DNA from: an uncultured delta proteobacterium
Lineage (GTDB): Bacteria > Desulfobacterota > Binatia > DP-6
Assembly (NCBI GenBank): GCA_963815115.1
Contig: CAWFFN010000005.1
Coordinates: 1,568,001-1,632,000, forward strand
DNA: 64,000 nt
Direction of reading: 5' to 3'
This document shows, piece after piece, positions 58,424-64,000 of the stretch (positions within the stretch are counted from its first letter, which is position 1; every line of letters begins with the position of its first letter). A model generated the notes under the pieces. That model had not been told where the DNA came from. It ran no database searches and saw nothing but the letters and a program-made list of their open reading frames with translations. A program made the position numbers and the translations under genes.

Positions 58424-59608
58424 TCAGCGATCCCGGGTTGCGAGCGCGATCGCGCCATCGACCAGCACGCGGGTGCCGACCCGGAGCGGCTCCTCGTCGA
58501 TGTCGAAGGTCGGGCTGTGGTGCATGCCGCTCGAACCGTCGGAGCGCGCGCCGCCGAGCAGGAAGTAGCAGCCCGGCACGCGCGCGAGGAGCTCGCTCAC
58601 GTCGTCGCTCGGCGTGACGGGAAGGCCGGCGACCACGCCGCCCGCGCCGAGAGCCGCTTCGGCTGCGGACCGGACGAGACGGGTCGCCCCGGCATCGTTC
58701 ACCACCGCCGGCGCGTGCGCCGTGTAGCTGGTCTCGACGCCGACACCGTGCCGGTCGCCGAGAGCCCGGCAGATCGCCGCGAGCCGCTCGAGCGCCTCCG
58801 ACTTCTGCGCGGGGGTGAACGTGCGCAGGGTGCCCTCGATCACCGCCGTCGACGGCAGGACGTTCGACGCCGTCCCGGCATGCACCATGCCGGCCGAGCA
58901 GGCGGCTGGCGTTCCCTCGTGCTCCATGCCCGCGACGACGTCCGGCAGCGCGCGCACGAGGGCGGCCAGCGCGACGATCACGTTGCCCGGCGCGTCGGGC
59001 CCGGCGCCGTGGCCCCCCGGTCCGCGGAGCGTGAACCGCAGGCCCTGTCCGTCCGACATGGCGACCCCGGCGCGCAGCATCACGAGGCCGGCGGGCAGCA
59101 TCGACGACACGTGGCAGCCGACCACGCGTGCGGGCTGGACCGTGTCCAGCAACCCGCCCTCGAGCATGGCGCGCGCACCCGCGAGGCGTTCCTCGCCCGG
59201 CTGGAACACGAAGGCGTACCGTCCCGGCAACCGATCGGCACGCGCCGCGATGACCCGGGCCGCGCCCAGCAGCATGGCCGCGTGCGCGTCGTGGCCACAG
59301 GCGTGCATGCGGCCGCCGACCTCCGAGCGCCAGGGGTGCTCGACGGCCTCGTCGATCGGCAGCGCGTCGATGTCGGCCCGCAGGAGGACCGTGCGACCCG
59401 GCGCGCCTCCGTCGACCACGTACACGCCGCCGGTCAGGGTGGGACAGCGCCGTTCGTCGGCGCCGAGCGCGCGCATGCGCTCGCGGATCAGCGCCGTCGT
59501 CTCGTGCTCCTCGAAGGAGAGCTCGGGTCGGGCGTGCAGGTGCCGCCGGGTCTCGACGATCTCCGGGAACGCCTCGTCGACCAGATCGGCCACGGCTGCG
59601 TCCGCCAT
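58424..59608 (-). CDS. M20 family amidohydrolase
   Basis: RRHLHARPELSFEE, LRADIDAL, MHACGHDAH, FQPGEE, HHSPTF. Confidence 0.93.
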   Translation of the reverse strand: MADAAVADLVDEAFPEIVETRRHLHARPELSFEEHETTALIRERMRALGADERRCPTLTGGVYVVDGGAPGRTVLLRADIDALPIDEAVEHPWRSEVGGRMHACGHDAHAAMLLGAARVIAARADRLPGRYAFVFQPGEERLAGARAMLEGGLLDTVQPARVVGCHVSSMLPAGLVMLRAGVAMSDGQGLRFTLRGPGGHGAGPDAPGNVIVALAALVRALPDVVAGMEHEGTPAACSAGMVHAGTASNVLPSTAVIEGTLRTFTPAQKSEALERLAAICRALGDRHGVGVETSYTAHAPAVVNDAGATRLVRSAAEAALGAGGVVAGLPVTPSDDVSELLARVPGCYFLLGGARSDGSSGMHHSPTFDIDEEPLRVGTRVLVDGAIALATRDR

Positions 59609-59731
59609 CCGTCGCTCTCTGCCACACGTGCGCCGAGCCGGTCCAGCCGCCGGCGCTGCCCGGGAAGCCGCTCGACAGATCGCCGGGCGCTCCATACATC
59701 CTCGAGCAGGCAGAACGGGGAGGCCCGGACG

Positions 59732-60202
59732 ATGGAAGAGGACATCGCGCTCGACGTGAACGGACGGACATGCCGGGTCCATGTCGATCCGAGCACGCCG
59801 CTGCTGTACGTCCTGCGGAACGACCTCGAGCTTCCGGGCGCGAAGTTCGGCTGCGGGCTCGAGCAGTGCGGGGCCTGCAAGGTGCTGGTCGACGGCGAGG
59901 CGTTGCCCACGTGCCGCGCCCCGGTCGCTTCGTTCCGCGGCCGCACCATCGTCACGATCGAAGGCATCGGCGACCCCGACCGCCTGCATCCGATCCAGCA
60001 GGCGTTCGTCGAGGAGGAAGCCGCCCAGTGCGGCTACTGCATTCCGGGCATGATCGTCGGCGCGAAAGCGCTGCTCGACCAGACCCCCGATCCGAGCGAC
60101 GACGAGATCCGCGCCGCGCTCGCCATCAACCTGTGCCGCTGCGGGACCCACGCTCGCATCCTGAAGGCGGTCCGCCGCGCGGCGCGGGCGATGCGGCCGT
60201 GA
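59732..60202 (+). CDS. [2Fe-2S] small subunit of a molybdenum hydroxylase
   Basis: KFGCGLEQCGAC...C, QCGYC, NLCRCG. Confidence 0.94.
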   Translation: MEEDIALDVNGRTCRVHVDPSTPLLYVLRNDLELPGAKFGCGLEQCGACKVLVDGEALPTCRAPVASFRGRTIVTIEGIGDPDRLHPIQQAFVEEEAAQCGYCIPGMIVGAKALLDQTPDPSDDEIRAALAINLCRCGTHARILKAVRRAARAMRP

Positions 60203-62355
60203 GCGATCTCCCCTCCAGCCTGGCTCGTCATCCGGAGCTGGACATGTGGGTCCGCGTCGACCCCGCGGACACGATCACGCTCTTCACCGGCAAGGTGGAG
60301 CTGGGACAGGGTCTCAAGGCCGCGATCGCGCGGATCGGAGCCGAGGAGCTCGACGTCGCGCTCGAGCGCATCCGCGTGTCCACCGCCGACACGGCGCACG
60401 GCCTGAACGAGCTCTTCACGGTCGGCAGCCAGTCGATGGAGGAGAGCGGTGCGGCGATGCGTCAGGCGGCCGCGGAGGCGCGCCGCCATCTCCTGGAGCT
60501 CGCCGCGGCACGGCTCGACGTTCCCGTGGAGGGCCTCGAGGTCGAGGACGGCAGCGTCGTCGCGCAAGACACGGGCGCGCGCACGACCTACTGGGAGCTG
60601 CTCGGCGGCCGGCGGTTCGAACGCAGCGCGACCGGCACGGTGCGCCCCAAGCGCCCGGCGGACTACCGCATCGTCGGCAGGGCCGGGCGACGTGCCGACC
60701 TGATCGGCCTCGTCACCGGCACCGCGCGCTACGTCCAGGATCTCGTGCGGCCGGGCATGCTGCACGCGCGCGTGGTGCGGCCGCCGAGCCCGCAGGCCCG
60801 TCTCGTCGCGGCCGACACGGACGACGTCGGCGCCATGCCAGGGGTCGTCACGGTCGTGCGCGACGGGAGCTTCCTCGCCGTCGTCGCGGTGCGCGAGGAG
60901 CAGGCGGTGCGCGCGATGGAGGCCCTGCGGGAGCGCGCGCAGTGGAGCGAGGAGGCGACGCTTCCGCCGGTCGACGATCTGCCGGCGTGGCTCGTCGCGC
61001 AGCCGGCGCGGAGCTTCCTGGTCGTCGGCGGGGTCGCCGGTGACGACCCGATCCCGCCGATCGCGGCGCCGGCCGGCGCGGTGAGCACCCTGGCCGCCAC
61101 CTACACGCGGCCCTATCAGATGCACGCGTCCGTCGGGCCCTCGGCCGCCCTCGCCGAGTGGCGCGATGGGGGCCTGACGGTCTGGTCGCACAGCCAGGGC
61201 ATCTTCGTCGTCCGCGCGGCCCTCGCGCAGGCGCTCGGCGTGGACGTCGACAGGATCCGCGCGATCCACGTCGAGGGGCCCGGCTGCTACGGGCACAACG
61301 GCGCGGACGATGCGGCGCTCGACGCCGCGCTCGTCGCGCGTGCCGTTCCCGAACGCCCGGTGCTCCTCAAGTGGATGCGCGAGGACGAGCACGCCTGGGA
61401 GCCCTACGGGCCGCCGATGGTCGTCGCGGTGCAGGCGAGCGTCGACGCCGCCGGGCGTCTGTGCGACTGGAACCACGACACCTGGAGTCATACGCACATG
61501 GACCGAGCGCTCCCCTTCGGCGAGCGCTCGGCGTTCCTGGCCGCCTGGCACCGCGAGACCCCGATGCCGCGATGGAAGGCGCAGCCGGTGACGTTCTACC
61601 ACGCGGGCATTCACCGCAACGCCGACCCGCTCTACACCATCCCGTCCCGGCGCATCGTCAAGCATTTCGTCGGCGAGGCGCCGCTCCGCACCTCGGCGCT
61701 GCGGAGCCTCGGCGCCTACGCCAACGTGTTCGCGATCGAGTCCTTCATGGACGAGCTGGCGCACGCCGGCGCCGTCGACCCGCTCGCCTTCAGGCTGCGG
61801 CATCTCGACGACCCGCGCGCCCGCGCGGTGCTCACGGCCGCGGCCGAGCGCGCCGGCTACACCTCGCGCCGGCGGGAAGCCGGGCGCGGCGTCGGTCTCG
61901 GGTTCGCGCGCTACAAGAACCAGAAGGCGTACGCCGCGGTCGTCGCCGAGGTGCGGGTCGACCGCGCGAGCGGCCAGATCTCCCTCGAGCGGGCCGTCAT
62001 CGCGGCCGACTCCGGGCAGACCATCGATCCGGGCGGGCTCGCCAATCAGCTCGAGGGCGGGGTGATCCAGTCCGCGAGCTGGACGCTCAGGGAGCAGGTG
62101 CGCTTCGACCGCGTGCGCGTCACCAGCACGGACTGGGAGAGCTATCCGATCCTGCGCTTCCCCGAGGTGCCCACCCTGGAGACGATCATCGTCGACCGGC
62201 CCGGGGAGCCCTATCTCGGGAGCGGCGAGGCGGCGCAGCCGCCGACGCCGGCGGCGATCGCCAACGCCGTGTTCGACGCGGTCGGCGTGCGGCTGCGCGA
62301 CATCCCGTTCACGCCGGAGCGCGTCCGCGCGGCGCTGGCGACGGGGCCAGGGTAG
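60199..62355 (+). CDS. Molybdopterin-binding large subunit (NicB/IorB-like)
   Basis: GKVELGQG, GPGCYGHNG, LRSLGA, FAIESFMDELA, GEAAQPP; GTGA overlap with the small subunit. Confidence 0.92.
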   Translation: MSDLPSSLARHPELDMWVRVDPADTITLFTGKVELGQGLKAAIARIGAEELDVALERIRVSTADTAHGLNELFTVGSQSMEESGAAMRQAAAEARRHLLELAAARLDVPVEGLEVEDGSVVAQDTGARTTYWELLGGRRFERSATGTVRPKRPADYRIVGRAGRRADLIGLVTGTARYVQDLVRPGMLHARVVRPPSPQARLVAADTDDVGAMPGVVTVVRDGSFLAVVAVREEQAVRAMEALRERAQWSEEATLPPVDDLPAWLVAQPARSFLVVGGVAGDDPIPPIAAPAGAVSTLAATYTRPYQMHASVGPSAALAEWRDGGLTVWSHSQGIFVVRAALAQALGVDVDRIRAIHVEGPGCYGHNGADDAALDAALVARAVPERPVLLKWMREDEHAWEPYGPPMVVAVQASVDAAGRLCDWNHDTWSHTHMDRALPFGERSAFLAAWHRETPMPRWKAQPVTFYHAGIHRNADPLYTIPSRRIVKHFVGEAPLRTSALRSLGAYANVFAIESFMDELAHAGAVDPLAFRLRHLDDPRARAVLTAAAERAGYTSRRREAGRGVGLGFARYKNQKAYAAVVAEVRVDRASGQISLERAVIAADSGQTIDPGGLANQLEGGVIQSASWTLREQVRFDRVRVTSTDWESYPILRFPEVPTLETIIVDRPGEPYLGSGEAAQPPTPAAIANAVFDAVGVRLRDIPFTPERVRAALATGPG

Positions 62356-62362
62356 GGCTCGA

Positions 62363-63088
62363 TCACGAGGCGCCGAGGTGGCGGTGCAGCCACGCGAGCG
62401 TGCGCTTCCAGCCGTCCGTGGCGGCGGCCTCCTGGTACGCGGGGCGGCGATCGCAGTGGAATCCGTGCTCGGCGTCCGGATACCGGACGATCTCGTGGTC
62501 CACCGCGGATTCACGCGCGAGGGTCTCGCGCAGCTGCTCCACGTCGCTGACCGGGATGCCGGCATCCGCGTCGCCGAAGAGACCCAGCCACGGCGTCGCG
62601 AGACGGGCCGCGTCGCCGATGAGCGGCTGGAAGAACGGCAGGCGCGAGCTCACGATGCCGCCGCCGTAGAATCCCACGGCGGCCCCGAGCGTGCGGCGGG
62701 TCGCGACCAGGAACGTCACCCGTCCGCCGAAGCAGAAGCCGACGATCCCGATCCGGGCGTCGGCAAATCCCGCTGCGCGGAGGTGACCGACGGTGGCGTC
62801 GACGTCGGCGACGATGCCGTCGTCGGTGACGCCGCGGAAGAGCGGCATCACCTTCGAGAAGTCGTCGTAGGGCGCCGTGCCACCTCCGGCGCGGTGGAAC
62901 ATCGCCGGCGCCACCGCGTGATATCCGGCGGCGGCGAAGCGGCGCGTGACGTCGCGAATGTAGTCGTTCACGCCGAATGCCTCCTGGATCACGATCACGG
63001 CACCGGCTGCCTTCTCCTCCGGGACGGCTTGGTAGACAGCCATTGGCCCGTCGGGGGTCTGGACCGTGTGCGTCGCGTCCCGGGCCAT
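62363..63088 (-). CDS. Dienelactone hydrolase family protein
   Basis: QEAFGVN, GFCFGG, AEHGFHCD. Confidence 0.93.
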   Translation of the reverse strand: MARDATHTVQTPDGPMAVYQAVPEEKAAGAVIVIQEAFGVNDYIRDVTRRFAAAGYHAVAPAMFHRAGGGTAPYDDFSKVMPLFRGVTDDGIVADVDATVGHLRAAGFADARIGIVGFCFGGRVTFLVATRRTLGAAVGFYGGGIVSSRLPFFQPLIGDAARLATPWLGLFGDADAGIPVSDVEQLRETLARESAVDHEIVRYPDAEHGFHCDRRPAYQEAAATDGWKRTLAWLHRHLGAS

Positions 63089-63369
63089 GTGCGCCACCAT
63101 AGCCGGAGGACCCGGGTCCGGGCCAGCCGGCTCGCTTCCGGTCGACACAGGTCCTCGCCTCACTCCGTCCTCCCTGGAATGACGTTCGCGCGACGACCGC
63201 CCCGGGCCGGTTCCGCCGGGCCGACGCCGGAAGGTCGCCATCGCCCCCGGAGCCGGCAGGCCACAAGGGTCATCGACTCCGAGCGCGGGGTATGGAAGTG
63301 TGAGCGTCGCTTGCTGACGGTCGTCTCGCCCCTCGGCCTCATATGAACGTGGCTTCTCGTGCCGGTGAG

Positions 63370-64000
63370 ATGAACCTCGGTCTGGAGACACAGCCGATCC
63401 TCCCCGAGCGGCGGGCCACGCTCCCGCTCTCCGTCGCCGGCCGCCGCACCATCATGGGAGGCGTGGTCGCGCTCGGCATGGTGGCGTCCGTCTTCTACTT
63501 CGAATGGTGGTTCGCGGGCGACCGCCTGACGCATCCCGTGCTCCTCCTCGCGCTCGTGCTCGCCGCCGCCTACGTGGCGATGCAGATATACTGCGCCTGG
63601 TATGTCTACCTCAGTATCGAGCCGGACGATCTCCCGGCGGCACGACCCGGGCTCTCGGTCGACGTGTTCGTTCCGGTCTACGACGAATCCGTCGAGCTGG
63701 TGGAGACCACGCTTCGTTCGGCGGTCGCGATGCGCTATCCGCATCGCACGTACCTGCTCGACGATGCCGACGATGCGAAGTTCGCCGAGCTCGCCGCCCG
63801 TCTCGGCGTCGGCTATCTGACCCGCGAGGGTTCCCAGGACGCGAAGGCCGGGAACGTCAACGCCGCTCTCGCCCGCACCGGCGGCGAGTTCGTGACCATC
63901 CTGGACGTCGATCACATCCCGGCGCCCGACTTCCTCGACGCGGTGCTCGGCGCGTTCGCGGCCCCGGACGTCGCCTTCGTCCAGGGCGGTGTCGCCTTCT
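63370..64000 (+). CDS. GT2 glycosyltransferase, cellulose synthase (BcsA)-like, runs off the window
   Basis: Two TM segments, then VDVFVPVYDE, YLLDD, AKAGNVN, ILDVDH, FVQ. Not in the ORF track because no stop falls in the window. Confidence 0.88.
   Translation, partial: MNLGLETQPILPERRATLPLSVAGRRTIMGGVVALGMVASVFYFEWWFAGDRLTHPVLLLALVLAAAYVAMQIYCAWYVYLSIEPDDLPAARPGLSVDVFVPVYDESVELVETTLRSAVAMRYPHRTYLLDDADDAKFAELAARLGVGYLTREGSQDAKAGNVNAALARTGGEFVTILDVDHIPAPDFLDAVLGAFAAPDVAFVQGGVAF

Noticed and set aside
50863-60202. Apparent long fusions in the ORF track (50863-52101, 51780-53267, 56652-57971, 57791-60202, 58424-60151)
   Set aside because: Over-extended starts; recognisable domains begin at the downstream starts listed in the features.

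Overview
GC-rich bacterial chromosomal window with about 48 real genes; most entries in the ORF track are shadow frames. It holds housekeeping genes (glnS, ilvBN with an intact Val-rich leader-peptide attenuator), lipid/hydrocarbon/aromatic catabolic enzymes (AlkB-like hydroxylase with a divergent TetR and operator, acyl-CoA ligase, flavin monooxygenases, Mo-hydroxylase pair), nucleotide-signalling proteins, and an unusually dense set of Cys-rich secreted proteins. That repertoire suggests Candidatus Binatia/Binatota or a relative (inference only). The strongest candidate for an undescribed system is a modular surface-protein toolkit. It includes a giant lectin/DUF11 adhesin divergent from an integrin-beta-like vWA plus disintegrin-like fusion, unrelated passengers ending in recurring basic Cys-containing C-terminal modules, and a shared 19-bp palindromic upstream box. 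Other highlights: a class III cyclase with non-canonical specificity residues fused to cNMP-binding domains, an integrase-free islet bounded by a duplicated glnS 3' end, an unannotated MCPAC small ORF behind an ECF42-like promoter, and three single-base frameshifts in two genes. I saw no rRNA, tRNA, CRISPR array, integrase or transposase. Family assignments are from motif recognition by eye; no searches were run.
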